64,000 nt of DNA. Origin: Thermotogota bacterium. Lineage in GTDB: Bacteria > Thermotogota > Thermotogae > UBA12178. The notes beneath the pieces were generated by a model that was given only the letters and a program-made list of their open reading frames with translations, was not told the origin of the DNA and searched no databases. This document shows positions 51,022 through 60,333 of the stretch, in pieces. Location: assembly GCA_021161835.1 (NCBI GenBank), contig JAGGZV010000097.1:4646-68645 (forward strand), in the 5' to 3' direction. The position numbers and the translations under genes were made by a program. Numbering within the stretch: position 1 is the stretch's first letter; each line of letters starts with the position of its first letter.

Positions 51022-52719
51022 TCACATTTTCTCAACCTTGATTAATGCCTTTTTACCACTGAAAGCTATTCCAAATGCTATTATTCCAAGTCCTTTACTT
51101 TTCATTTTTGTGTAGTACTTTCTCTCCTTTATCTGCTCGAGTGCCTGCTTTACAAGCTCCTCGAGTTTCTCCTCACTATCCGCTCGCTTGACTTCAAAAA
51201 TGGCTGCATAATTCCCATACTTCCTCTCTTTTGGATAGATCACAACATCCAGACGTCCATAACCCGATTCAAGTTCACTTTCCACCTCATACCCATTTAT
51301 CGCTATTGAAAGCATTCCAAGAAGGAAAACCTTGTACACCCTCTCCGATTCTTCAAATCCAAGATCATAGTAACTCAAACTGCTCCTTATGAAACCTTCA
51401 AGATAGCGCCCGAATTCTTCCATTCTGCCTTCCTTTAACATCTCTATGAGACTGTTATATAGGTCATTTGCTGGAAAGTTTGCAGTGTTCTCAAGCCATA
51501 CGCTCACCACATTTCTGAAAAATTTCAATACTTCCTTGTTTGGAACTTTCAAAGCATACACATCCTCCTGAATGTATCTGGCAACTAAATACCCACCAGC
51601 TACGAACAGAGTCCAAACTCCGTGCTTCACTTCTTCGAGTTCTCTAAGGGATAACCACGGATCAACTCTTCTTTTTACTTCCTTTCCTTCAAGCAGGAGG
51701 TTGAGATGTTTTCTTACCTCTGGGCTTTTTTTAATTTGCTCCTTTATGATATCGTTCGATGAGGTGTTTATCCAGAAAGGCTGAGCAGCTTCCTGAGGAG
51801 GTTTTTTCCCATAAAGCCTCTCTTTGATGTAGTAAATCACGCCCCAGGGATTGTAGAGCGGCCCGTACTTTCCAACCCTGTAGCCACCGTACCACTCATC
51901 CACCACTTTCCTATCCTCTCCTCCAAGACCGTAGTACCTGAGAATCTTGGTGATTTCCTCTTCCGTGAATCCAAATCTTTCCGACATCTCAGTTTCGAAC
52001 ACGGTGTAAATGGACAGATTGTTAAGGCCAGAGAATATCGATTCCTTCGCAACCCTGTAAACCCCTGTCAAAATTCCAAACTCCAGGTGTTCGTTTCCTT
52101 TCAGCGCAGCAGTAAGCATATTCCTCATAAATGCCACCATGTTGTCGTAATAATCCGGATCTTTGTGTCTGTACGTGTACGCCGCCTCTATTGGTACATC
52201 ATATTCATCTATCAGAAGGATCGTTCTCTTTCCAGTCTCTTCATGCAGAACCTGCGTGAGGTTCCTGAGTGAGTCCATGTATTCCGATGTGGGTGCCTGC
52301 CTCTCAGTGATCTTCTCAGCCCACCTCTGGAATTTTCGCGTTTTTATTACCTTCGCATAATTTTCAACAAGGTTAGATATCCACGTCTTCAGATGATCCA
52401 GGGCGTCTTTCCATGTAACGTCCTTGATTTCCTTAAACGTGACAAAAATAACAGGATAGTTGTGATGGTAATCTTTCACTATTCCCCTCTCATTCCATAT
52501 TTCCAGATCCTCAAACAAGTTTTCCTTTTTTTCTACCGTAAAGAAGCTCCTCATCATCGTCATGTTGAGAGTCTTTCCGAATCGTCTTGGACGTGTTATG
52601 AGTTTTATCTTCCCGGGAAGATCTATAATATCTTTTATAAGAAGGGATTTATCAACCAAGTAATACCCATTTTTCACGAGTTCCTCAAAATCATCGACAC
52701 CTATAGGAAGGGATTTCAT
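51022..52719 (-). CDS. AAA-ATPase-like protein with C-terminal PD-(D/E)xK nuclease-like domain (DUF1703 / PDDEXK_9 architecture)
   Basis: 565 aa. N-terminus SLPIGVDDFEELV...YYLVDKSLLIKDI; P-loop RPRRFGKTLNMTMM; Walker B ILLIDEYDVP. The C-terminal GYGRLDVVIY...AAIFEVKRA...ALEQIKERKYY gives a D...E-x-K motif. It has its own RBS (GGAGGTGA) and a candidate promoter. Confidence 0.85.
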   Translation of the reverse strand: MKSLPIGVDDFEELVKNGYYLVDKSLLIKDIIDLPGKIKLITRPRRFGKTLNMTMMRSFFTVEKKENLFEDLEIWNERGIVKDYHHNYPVIFVTFKEIKDVTWKDALDHLKTWISNLVENYAKVIKTRKFQRWAEKITERQAPTSEYMDSLRNLTQVLHEETGKRTILLIDEYDVPIEAAYTYRHKDPDYYDNMVAFMRNMLTAALKGNEHLEFGILTGVYRVAKESIFSGLNNLSIYTVFETEMSERFGFTEEEITKILRYYGLGGEDRKVVDEWYGGYRVGKYGPLYNPWGVIYYIKERLYGKKPPQEAAQPFWINTSSNDIIKEQIKKSPEVRKHLNLLLEGKEVKRRVDPWLSLRELEEVKHGVWTLFVAGGYLVARYIQEDVYALKVPNKEVLKFFRNVVSVWLENTANFPANDLYNSLIEMLKEGRMEEFGRYLEGFIRSSLSYYDLGFEESERVYKVFLLGMLSIAINGYEVESELESGYGRLDVVIYPKERKYGNYAAIFEVKRADSEEKLEELVKQALEQIKERKYYTKMKSKGLGIIAFGIAFSGKKALIKVEKM

Positions 52720-52741
52720 CTTCGGGTCACCTCCAGGGATG

Positions 52742-52750
52742 ATTATAACA
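52742..52750 (-). promoter_or_regulatory. candidate extended -10 promoter of the AAA/PD-(D/E)xK gene
   Basis: The minus strand reads TGtTATAAT 22 nt upstream of ATG 52719, immediately 3' of the preceding terminator hairpin. Confidence 0.45.
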
Positions 52751-52753
52751 ATA

Positions 52754-52784
52754 AAGCGGCCTCCTGATGCTTGGAAGGCCGCTT
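52754..52784 (-). terminator. terminator hairpin after the 709-aa gene
   Basis: AAGCGGCCT-N13-AGGCCGCTT followed on the minus strand by TATTGTTAT. The large loop and weak T-run limit confidence. Confidence 0.5.
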
Positions 52785-52812
52785 CCGGTTTTCTTTAAAG
52801 CTTTCTATTGCA

Positions 52813-54942
52813 TTACTTTCTGACTTCAACAATCATCAAACGCTCATCGTCGAACTTGGAAAAATCTAAGGCAATTTGGAAATCTTCGAGGGAGTTTTGA
52901 GAGTGAACAATAACCTTGCGGCGTTTGGTGAAGGTGTAGCCAGCAACTTGCCAGGTGCCGGATTCTTCGGGAGCGTATTCGATCGATGGAGGAGTGGGGG
53001 AGTATTTGGTGACTATGACATAATCTATAATAAACTTCGAACAGTGGGCCTCCAAACCTATTGTTCCTTGGTTAATGTCTATCCCCTCAAAACTTATTAT
53101 TTCTTTCCCGTTCCACTGTAGTTCTACATCTTCTTTATATACGTTAACTTGAAATATGTCCTCTCCACTTCCTCCAAAATCTATGACCTCATCTATATAG
53201 TTTTCAAAATATCCATTGGTCTTTCTCCAAAGCTCATAGTTATAAGGTGGTTGCGCGAGACTATTAAAATATTTTGCTAACCAATAATTTTCTATATCCT
53301 CAACTCTAAATGCTATACCTGTTCCAAAAAGATTTTCTTCTGCAATCTCACCTGTCCATTTATCGTATACTTCTGCTGAAAAACTCTTAACTATGACAGA
53401 ATAATCTTTCCCGCTCCACACTTTTGGATTCAATATTATATCCAAAACCCCGCAATCTATTTTGGATTCAGGATACCCGACGAGATATCCATTTTTAACC
53501 TTCCATATGCCCGAACCTATTATGTACTTTCTAATCGATTCTTCATTTTCAAAATCATCCCAGAACTCAAACACCTCATCCCCATTCTCCCATCTCTCAC
53601 TCGGATCTCCATCGGTTGCACCATAGTACACATACAATACCTTCTCCCCTTCCCAGTCACCTTTTATCCACACTTTCTGCCTGTCCTGGATCCAGTAATG
53701 GTGAGAAACATATGAAACTTTCTCCAATTTCAAGGAGATCGACTTTCTTTCTCCCTTAAGTATTACAATCGCGAATTCTTCGCTTTTGAAACCATCTTTG
53801 CTCACAACTATTTCGTGTCTCCCAACGGGAAGTTTCAAAAGTGTTGGTGTTTTGTCTTCGACCTGTCTCCCATCAACTGTGATGCTCGCTCCTATCGGCT
53901 CAGTCTTCACCAAAAGCTCCCCTCTCGCTTTCTCAAGTTTTATATCAAGCTTTGCAAGTTCGTCCTTTTCTACCTCGATTTCCTTCACGAAATCTTCTAT
54001 TGTAGGGCCTGTTATCTTTATCACTCTTTCTCCTGCAGGGATGTTCTCAAGGTATATCACACCTTCTTCGAGCATATTCTGGGTGAGTGAAACCAATCTT
54101 TCGTCTATGAAGAGCTTCGTTTCGAGGAGAAGTTCGGGATTTTCAACGGTTATTTTGAGGTAGCCTGTGGCTGGTGGAGAAAACTGCTGAGAAGTCTGAA
54201 CTTTTCCTTTTGATTTGGAATGAAGCGGAACGGGGAGCTTTACCATGTCTCCCTCTCTTATCGACTCTTTTTCCTGCAGGATCTCCGCCCTGGAACCTTT
54301 TTCGCTAACGTCTGTTACCTTCACTTTTCCTATTTCCAGAGCCTTTTCGAATACTACTCTTCCCTCTTTATCCTTGATGCGTTTCACCCTGTAAACGTTG
54401 AGAGTCATTTCGGGCTGTACTCCATCCTTGTTCCCTAAGGTTATGTAAACCGTGTTGCCTTCCCTGATGGCAATTTCACCTTCTATAGGAGGCAGATACT
54501 TTTGAACAACCTGCGCGATTTCTTTCATAACACTGGTTATTGATTCGGTCGTTATCTGACAATTGTACTGTTCTGCAAAGTCAACTTTTCCACTTTCAAC
54601 GTCTATCATCCTGACTGTCACCACATAACTGTCTCCAAGTTTCCCTATCCTTCCAAAGATTATCTTTTCAACTCCAAGAAGTTTCCCAAGCTCAACACTT
54701 TCTGTAACGCCAATCTGTGATAATTGTCGTTCTTTAAGAAGTGCGTTTATCTTTTCTCTTTCTATAATGGTTATCCTTCCTGTTTTGAGAAGCTCGGTTC
54801 TCAAAATGTCGGTTATCAAAACGGCTTCGTCTTCTGTTATTCCACGTGGTTCAAAGTCAAGTACAGCTATGGATATGGCAGAAGCAAGGAGAGTTCCAAA
54901 CAACAAGATTAAAATGGAAGAGAAAAACACCCTTTTCTCCAT
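52813..54942 (-). CDS. secreted multidomain protein (CsgG/FlgT/LpoB-like N-domain, PEGA-like domain, DUF2341/LamG-like C-terminus)
   Basis: Signal peptide MEKRVFFSSILILLFGTLLASA. The N-terminus IAVLDFEPRGITEDEAVLITDILRTELLKTGRITIIEREKINALLKE has a CsgG/FlgT_N-like pattern. A PEGA-like segment follows (LLVKTEPIGASITVDGRQVEDKTPTLLKLPVGRHEIVVSKDGF). The YVYYGATDGDP stretch is DUF2341-like. Domain names are pattern-based, not HMM-verified. Confidence 0.7.
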   Translation of the reverse strand: MEKRVFFSSILILLFGTLLASAISIAVLDFEPRGITEDEAVLITDILRTELLKTGRITIIEREKINALLKERQLSQIGVTESVELGKLLGVEKIIFGRIGKLGDSYVVTVRMIDVESGKVDFAEQYNCQITTESITSVMKEIAQVVQKYLPPIEGEIAIREGNTVYITLGNKDGVQPEMTLNVYRVKRIKDKEGRVVFEKALEIGKVKVTDVSEKGSRAEILQEKESIREGDMVKLPVPLHSKSKGKVQTSQQFSPPATGYLKITVENPELLLETKLFIDERLVSLTQNMLEEGVIYLENIPAGERVIKITGPTIEDFVKEIEVEKDELAKLDIKLEKARGELLVKTEPIGASITVDGRQVEDKTPTLLKLPVGRHEIVVSKDGFKSEEFAIVILKGERKSISLKLEKVSYVSHHYWIQDRQKVWIKGDWEGEKVLYVYYGATDGDPSERWENGDEVFEFWDDFENEESIRKYIIGSGIWKVKNGYLVGYPESKIDCGVLDIILNPKVWSGKDYSVIVKSFSAEVYDKWTGEIAEENLFGTGIAFRVEDIENYWLAKYFNSLAQPPYNYELWRKTNGYFENYIDEVIDFGGSGEDIFQVNVYKEDVELQWNGKEIISFEGIDINQGTIGLEAHCSKFIIDYVIVTKYSPTPPSIEYAPEESGTWQVAGYTFTKRRKVIVHSQNSLEDFQIALDFSKFDDERLMIVEVRK

Positions 54943-55008
54943 GGAAAAACCTCCCCTTTTGAAAAGTTCCGACTGCTACGCTTCGAAACGCCGGCATTAT
55001 CGATTAAC

Positions 55009-55036
55009 ATTTTATCATGGATATTTTCTCTCCCAA
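55009..55036 (-). promoter_or_regulatory. candidate promoter of the 709-aa gene
   Basis: The minus strand reads TTGGGA, a 16-nt spacer, then TGaTAAAAT, about 65 nt upstream of ATG 54942. Confidence 0.45.
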
Positions 55037-55091
55037 ACAACTGAAAATTCACATTTTTCATTTCCCATGCGCGACCTGAAAATTGCGAAAA

Positions 55092-55100
55092 TGGTATAAT
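55092..55100 (+). promoter_or_regulatory. candidate extended -10 promoter of the yaaR-holB-ricT operon
   Basis: TGgTATAAT ends 24 nt upstream of ATG 55124 (GAGGAG RBS). Confidence 0.45.
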
Positions 55101-55123
55101 TTCACAGACAGACATTCGAGGAG

Positions 55124-55603
55124 ATGAAAACCTTGGAAGTGTTTCCCACCGAATCCAACAAACCCAACGAAACCAGAGGATTGACGGGTAAAAAAGTAAA
55201 GAAAGCAAAAAAACACGGAAAGAAAGAGAAAATTGAATCCATGGGTTTTCTAGATGTTCTATCGGAAGCAGAGTTGAAGAATCTGGAGGAAAAGATAGAA
55301 GAGAGCGTCGACGAGGTGCTGTCCACCGGCAACGTTTTCGCACGTTCACCTACTCGTAAGAATTTCGAAGCGTACAAACAGGCCATCAAGAAGTTTCTGA
55401 AACTAATTGAGAAACGATTATACAGAATGAAGGAAAACATTGATGTGAGATCGGGCAGGACACGATTGAACATGGTGGCAGAAATAGTGGATGAAAAACT
55501 CATGGAAATAGCGAAAAGATTGTTCGAAAACGAGAAATCGACTCTGGATTTCGCTGCCAAGGTTGAGGAAATAAAAGGTCTCCTGCTCGATCTTTACAGA
55601 TAG
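55124..55603 (+). CDS. YaaR (DUF327) family protein
   Basis: 159 aa, K-rich N-terminus and a helical C-terminus (FEAYKQAIKKFLKLIEK...LNMVAEIVDEKL). Sits directly upstream of holB and ricT, as in the Firmicute yaaR-holB-yaaT arrangement. Confidence 0.75.
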   Translation: MKTLEVFPTESNKPNETRGLTGKKVKKAKKHGKKEKIESMGFLDVLSEAELKNLEEKIEESVDEVLSTGNVFARSPTRKNFEAYKQAIKKFLKLIEKRLYRMKENIDVRSGRTRLNMVAEIVDEKLMEIAKRLFENEKSTLDFAAKVEEIKGLLLDLYR

Positions 55604-55612
55604 AGGTTGAAC

Positions 55613-56608
55613 ATGGATCTGAAAAAACTCCTGAAAAAAGAAACTTTACCACCCTTTCTGGTGTGTGGAGAAAATTCGAAGTTTTTGAAAGATCTGGTGA
55701 TCGATGCGATAAGAAGTGTGGAACATAACCCGATGGGATTCACCGTCGATGTACACACGGTTGCTCCAGAAAAAGGTAACATAGGTATAGATCAAATCCA
55801 CGAAGCAGAAAGATTCCTCATACATTCGCCGGACTTCCTCACCAGGAAGTATTTGCTGATACTGGATGCAGATAGAATGACTCAGCAGGCGGCGAACGCA
55901 TTTCTGAAAACTCTGGAGGAACCGCCACGTTATGCCCGCATAATCCTCACAACTACCGCTTATTGGTCCTTGCTTTCCACGATACGGAGCAGGACGATGA
56001 AAATACGTGTTCAGTATCCTCTCCACAGAGTTGAGAATTTATTGAGAAAGTATCCCGAGCTGGAAATCTTCAAACCTTTGATGCTTGTAGACTACGAAAC
56101 GCTGGTCATGCTGGAAGATGAGGAAGATTTCATAGAAGAGATTCGTAGATACAAAGACAAAATCGCGAAGGTGAAGAACGAAGAACTGGTTGCATGTCTC
56201 GAGGAATTGGACCCGAATGAAACGCTCTCCAGATTGAAATTCCATCTATGGTTTGTGGAAATAACGAAGCGCATGATGAGTAATGACGAGAAAGAAATCC
56301 TGGATTTCATACTTCGATTGGGAGGAACGAGTTTGAAATACGATCATGTACGACTCACCGCCTTCGAAATCCTGATATTTCTACGGGAGCTGACGTTAAT
56401 GTTCTGGTCATCCGCATGGGAACACACCAATTCCAGAGAGCTTCTAACCATTGCAGTTGAACTCAAACATGAAGTGCCTGTCTCGCTGGTCGACGAGCTC
56501 ACCGAATGGATCTGGAAACTGGCGGTCAGAAAGGTGGAAAACCTGAATGTTAGAATCACAATAGTTGCCATGATGTTGAGATTGAAAGAATTACTGCGAG
56601 GTGAGTGA
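55613..56608 (+). CDS. holB: DNA polymerase III delta-prime subunit
   Basis: AANAFLKTLEEPP motif, SRT(M) box (IRSRTMKI) and a degenerate P-loop region (FLVCGENSKF). ATG 55613 lies 6 nt after AGAGG. Confidence 0.85.
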   Translation: MDLKKLLKKETLPPFLVCGENSKFLKDLVIDAIRSVEHNPMGFTVDVHTVAPEKGNIGIDQIHEAERFLIHSPDFLTRKYLLILDADRMTQQAANAFLKTLEEPPRYARIILTTTAYWSLLSTIRSRTMKIRVQYPLHRVENLLRKYPELEIFKPLMLVDYETLVMLEDEEDFIEEIRRYKDKIAKVKNEELVACLEELDPNETLSRLKFHLWFVEITKRMMSNDEKEILDFILRLGGTSLKYDHVRLTAFEILIFLRELTLMFWSSAWEHTNSRELLTIAVELKHEVPVSLVDELTEWIWKLAVRKVENLNVRITIVAMMLRLKELLRGE

Positions 56609-57434
56609 ATTGCTCAAAGCGGAGGTGTATGGTGTCGAGCTCTATCCTGTTGGTAAAATACACTATTTTTCTTATGACCAGGAGCTGCATAGGGATGAGC
56701 TGGTTCTGGTCATGACGGATTTCGGACCGGATGTTGGAAGAGTGTTGCTTGGTCCACGTGAAATGACGCTGGAACAAATAGGTGGAGAGGTAAAGCCCAT
56801 CCTGAAAAAAATAGAAGGAAAAGATCTGGAACAGCATTTGAAGAATAAGGAAGATGCGGAGAAAGCCTTTAAAATATGTAAGGAAAAAATAAAGGAACAT
56901 GGACTACCTATGAAGCTCCTGCACGCGAGGTACATATTCGATAGATCACGTCTGCTGTTTTATTTCAGTGCGGAAGGACGGGTGGATTTCAGGGCACTGG
57001 TACGTGATCTTGCACGTATATTCAAGACACGCATAGAACTAAGGCAAGTAGGTGCAAGAGATGAGATGAAATTCATCGGTGGAATAGGTATATGTGGGCA
57101 GGTAGCATGCTGTGTACGATTCTTGAGAGAGTTCACGAGTGTCACCCTAAAACATGCGAAAAAGCAGCAGATGCTGATAAATCCTGTGAAGATATCCGGA
57201 CAGTGCAGGAAACTCATGTGTTGCCTTGCTTACGAACACGATTTCTATGAAAAAGAGCTTGTGGGAATACCCGATGAAGATTCCACCATACATTATGGTG
57301 AATCCCGCGCGAAGGTGATAACGGTCAACGTCTTTCTGGAAGAGGTGACGATATTAACAGAAGAAGGAAAGCTGGAGAAACTCCCCTTCAGCTATTTCAG
57401 AGGTGAAAAAAATGGAGTATCGGGAACTTCATAG
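56601..57434 (+). CDS. ricT: PSP1 domain protein RicT/YaaT
   Basis: PSP1 C-terminal pattern with the Cys cluster GICGQVACCVRF ... GQCRKLMCCLAYEHDFY. Start is ambiguous (GTG 56601, TTG 56610 or GTG 56625). Confidence 0.9.
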   Translation: MSELLKAEVYGVELYPVGKIHYFSYDQELHRDELVLVMTDFGPDVGRVLLGPREMTLEQIGGEVKPILKKIEGKDLEQHLKNKEDAEKAFKICKEKIKEHGLPMKLLHARYIFDRSRLLFYFSAEGRVDFRALVRDLARIFKTRIELRQVGARDEMKFIGGIGICGQVACCVRFLREFTSVTLKHAKKQQMLINPVKISGQCRKLMCCLAYEHDFYEKELVGIPDEDSTIHYGESRAKVITVNVFLEEVTILTEEGKLEKLPFSYFRGEKNGVSGTS

Positions 57435-58089
57435 GTGGGATCTGGAACCACCGGAAGCGATGGAAGTTCAAAACAGACTCAAGGAAAGATTGCTCATAGT
57501 TCCATTCGAAGGAAAGGTGGAGTATGTGGCGGGAGTCGATCTTTCCTTCCCGGGTGGAAAAGCGCTGGCAGTTATAGTGGTCATCAACGCAGCCATGAAA
57601 GTTGTGGAGGTGGTCCACACACTCAGTGAGATAGAATATCCCTATATCCCCGGATTGCTTGCCTTCCGTGAAGGTCCCGCGTTCTTGAAAACATGGGAAA
57701 AATTGAAAACAAAACCTGATGTGGTATTCTTCGATGGTCAGGGCATAGCGCACCCTCGAGGGCTTGGCATAGCCTCACATATGGGACTGTTCATAGACAT
57801 ACCAACCGTGGGGATAGCGAAATCACGCCTGTATGGAAAACACGAAGAACCGGGAAAAAATAAAGGGGATTACACTCCGCTGTTCGACGAAAGAGGAAAC
57901 AAAATAGGCTTTGTGTTGAGAAGTCGTCCCAACGTCGCCCCTCTTTACGTTTCGCCGGGTCATTTGACAGATCCAGACAGTGCTCTGAAACTCACTATGC
58001 GGTTTCTCAAAAATCGTAGACTGCCTGAACCAACGCGTCTCGCACACCTTTATACTCAAAAACTGAAGGGTGGATTGATGTTTTCCTGA
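57412..58089 (+). CDS. nfi: endonuclease V
   Basis: VAGVDLSF, YIPGLLAFREGP, FDGQGIAHPRGLGIASHMGL. ATG 57412 lies 5 nt after AGGTGA. Confidence 0.92.
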   Translation: MEYRELHRWDLEPPEAMEVQNRLKERLLIVPFEGKVEYVAGVDLSFPGGKALAVIVVINAAMKVVEVVHTLSEIEYPYIPGLLAFREGPAFLKTWEKLKTKPDVVFFDGQGIAHPRGLGIASHMGLFIDIPTVGIAKSRLYGKHEEPGKNKGDYTPLFDERGNKIGFVLRSRPNVAPLYVSPGHLTDPDSALKLTMRFLKNRRLPEPTRLAHLYTQKLKGGLMFS

Positions 58090-58126
58090 AACCCATCGTT
58101 CTCGTGAAGCTGGGAGGGAGGGCAGC

Positions 58127-59503
58127 TTGCGAATCCTCTTGAAAAACATAGAATATCTCGCGACTTTCGGGAATACCGGGGAGTTGAGTCACGCCTACAT
58201 ACTGGTGGAAAACGGTGTGATAAAAGATGTTGGGAAATACACGGCTGAAGTGGAAGGTCAATTCAATGTGGACGAAGTTGTGGACATGTCAGGAAGGTTG
58301 GTACTTCCCGGCTTCGTGAATACACACCACCACTTTTTCCAGACGCTCACACGCAACGTGAAGAAGGTGCAGGATGCCAAACTCTTCGATTGGCTCGCGT
58401 ACCTTTATGAGATCTGGAAATGGTTGGATGAAGAGAGTATCAGAAGTGCCACGAAGATCGCCATATACGAAATGATGAAATCCGGTGTAACCACAACAAG
58501 CGATATGTTTTACCCTTCAATGAAGGAAAGTCCCAGATTGTTCGACGTGGAAATAGAGAGTGCCATGGAAACCGGCATGAGGCTTCATATAGCCCGTGGA
58601 GGTATGTCCATCGGTAAGAAAGATGGCAGCCTTCCACCGGATGAAATGATACAAACAGATGATGGAATACTGGAAGAATATCAACGGGTCGTTGAAAAGT
58701 ACCATGATCCTTCCAGATATTCTATGCTACGAGTAGCGTTGGCACCTTGTACCCCCTTCCTCGTGACACCAAATTTGATGCGTGAAACGCTTGAACTTGC
58801 AGAAAAGTATGATGTTCTTCTTCACACACACCTTGCCGAGACGCTGGATGAAGAAAAATTCTGTATCGAGAGGTTTGGCAAGAGACCAGTAGAGTATATG
58901 GAATCGCTGGGGTGGTTGAATCCGCGTGTGTGGTTTGCACACGTTGTCTGGGTTACAGACGAAGAAATAACTAAACTTCAGCAGGGCCAGGTTGGAATAG
59001 CTCATTGTCCTGTCTCCAACATGCGCCTGGGTTCAGGAATAGCTCCCATACACAAAATGAAAGGAAAGCTCAGGATTGGTCTGGCAGTTGATGGAAGCGC
59101 CAGTAACGATACCAACAACATGTTGCAGGAAATGCGAATCGCGATGCTTTTGCAAAGAGTGGAATACGGTGCCAACGCCATATCGCCACGCGAAGTCGTT
59201 CACATGGCAACTGTAGGAGGAGCTCGTGTACTCCATATGGATGATTACATAGGAAAGATCGAAAAGGGATACGCGGCGGACATGGTCGCATTTCGACTTG
59301 ACAGCGTGGAGATGGCCGGATGTCTGGATGATCCTCTTTCCGCCATAGTCATGTGTGATGCAAAAGAAGCCGATTTTCTGATGATAAATGGTGTGGTGAA
59401 GATAAAAGATGGAGAGCTAATAGGCATTGACATAGCGGAACTCGTGCGAAAACACAACGTGCTATCGAGAAAGCTTCTGTCCCGGAGGGTTGATGCACAT
59501 TGA
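58127..59503 (+). CDS. amidohydrolase (8-oxoguanine/guanine/chlorohydrolase-type deaminase family)
   Basis: PGFVNTHHHFFQTL metal motif, plus HTHLAET and VDGSASND. TTG 58127 lies after GGAGGGAGGG. Substrate not determinable. Confidence 0.85.
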   Translation: MRILLKNIEYLATFGNTGELSHAYILVENGVIKDVGKYTAEVEGQFNVDEVVDMSGRLVLPGFVNTHHHFFQTLTRNVKKVQDAKLFDWLAYLYEIWKWLDEESIRSATKIAIYEMMKSGVTTTSDMFYPSMKESPRLFDVEIESAMETGMRLHIARGGMSIGKKDGSLPPDEMIQTDDGILEEYQRVVEKYHDPSRYSMLRVALAPCTPFLVTPNLMRETLELAEKYDVLLHTHLAETLDEEKFCIERFGKRPVEYMESLGWLNPRVWFAHVVWVTDEEITKLQQGQVGIAHCPVSNMRLGSGIAPIHKMKGKLRIGLAVDGSASNDTNNMLQEMRIAMLLQRVEYGANAISPREVVHMATVGGARVLHMDDYIGKIEKGYAADMVAFRLDSVEMAGCLDDPLSAIVMCDAKEADFLMINGVVKIKDGELIGIDIAELVRKHNVLSRKLLSRRVDAH

Positions 59504-60333
59504 AACGTAGGCTTGGTGTAGCACTTGGAAGCGGTGGTGCGAGAGGACTCGCTCACCTTGCACTTTTGGAAAAGATAGAGGATATGGGAGCGAGGATAGA
59601 TATCATAGCAGGTTCGAGTATAGGTGCGGTGATTGGAGCAGCCTACGCCCTGGAACCCAACGCACGAAAACTGAAACGTTTCTCTATATACCTCATGACC
59701 AAATTCAGAAGTTCGATACGAAAACTCAGGAGTACCGTGGAAATCAAAGTTGGATTGACCAATCGCGTGAAATTCTTCAACAGGCTGCTCACACGTGAAG
59801 CGTTGGATGCCAGCGATTTTCTTTACTCTACCATTTCGCAGATATTCGGAAAGTCTCGATTTTCCGATTGTAAGTTAAAACTGGGAGTAGTATCAACAAA
59901 CATGAACGGTGAAATCGAACTCATAGAAGAGGGCTACATTGTGGATGCTGTCGTGGCCAGCGCGAGCATACCAGGTGCTTTTCCACCTATGAGACTCGGA
60001 GGTATGAATTTGATGGATGGAGGAGTGATGCGTGTCGTTCCCGTTGCCGAGGTTAGAAAGATGGGAGCCGATTTCGTGGTCGCATCCAACATTACTCCAT
60101 CCTTGAGGCGCCACGATTTCCACGATATATTCGATTATGTGGTGTATCTGGACGATCTCAAAGGCGAGATATTATCACTATCCGATGTTGAGGAAGCAGA
60201 TCTTGTCGTGGATTTCACCGAATTGAAGGTGCCATGGTATCGCTTCGATCTGGTAACCAGGATACTGGAGGAGGCAGAAAGAATTCTCCAGAACCATGAC
60301 GAGTTTTTCAGAACCATGGAGGTAGTGGCATGA
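59500..60333 (+). CDS. patatin-like phospholipase
   Basis: Oxyanion loop GSGGARG, nucleophile elbow GSSIG (GxSxG) and Asp-dyad motif MDGGV. TTGA overlap with the upstream gene. Confidence 0.88.
   Translation: MKRRLGVALGSGGARGLAHLALLEKIEDMGARIDIIAGSSIGAVIGAAYALEPNARKLKRFSIYLMTKFRSSIRKLRSTVEIKVGLTNRVKFFNRLLTREALDASDFLYSTISQIFGKSRFSDCKLKLGVVSTNMNGEIELIEEGYIVDAVVASASIPGAFPPMRLGGMNLMDGGVMRVVPVAEVRKMGADFVVASNITPSLRRHDFHDIFDYVVYLDDLKGEILSLSDVEEADLVVDFTELKVPWYRFDLVTRILEEAERILQNHDEFFRTMEVVA

Noticed and set aside
51000-55000. Calling the two non-core genes a horizontally acquired island on GC content
   Set aside because: Hand-sampled 100-nt windows gave ~38% GC here versus ~50% in ribD. However, holB (core) sampled at ~39%, and there are no flanking repeats, tRNA junction or integrase. 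Composition alone is not decisive.
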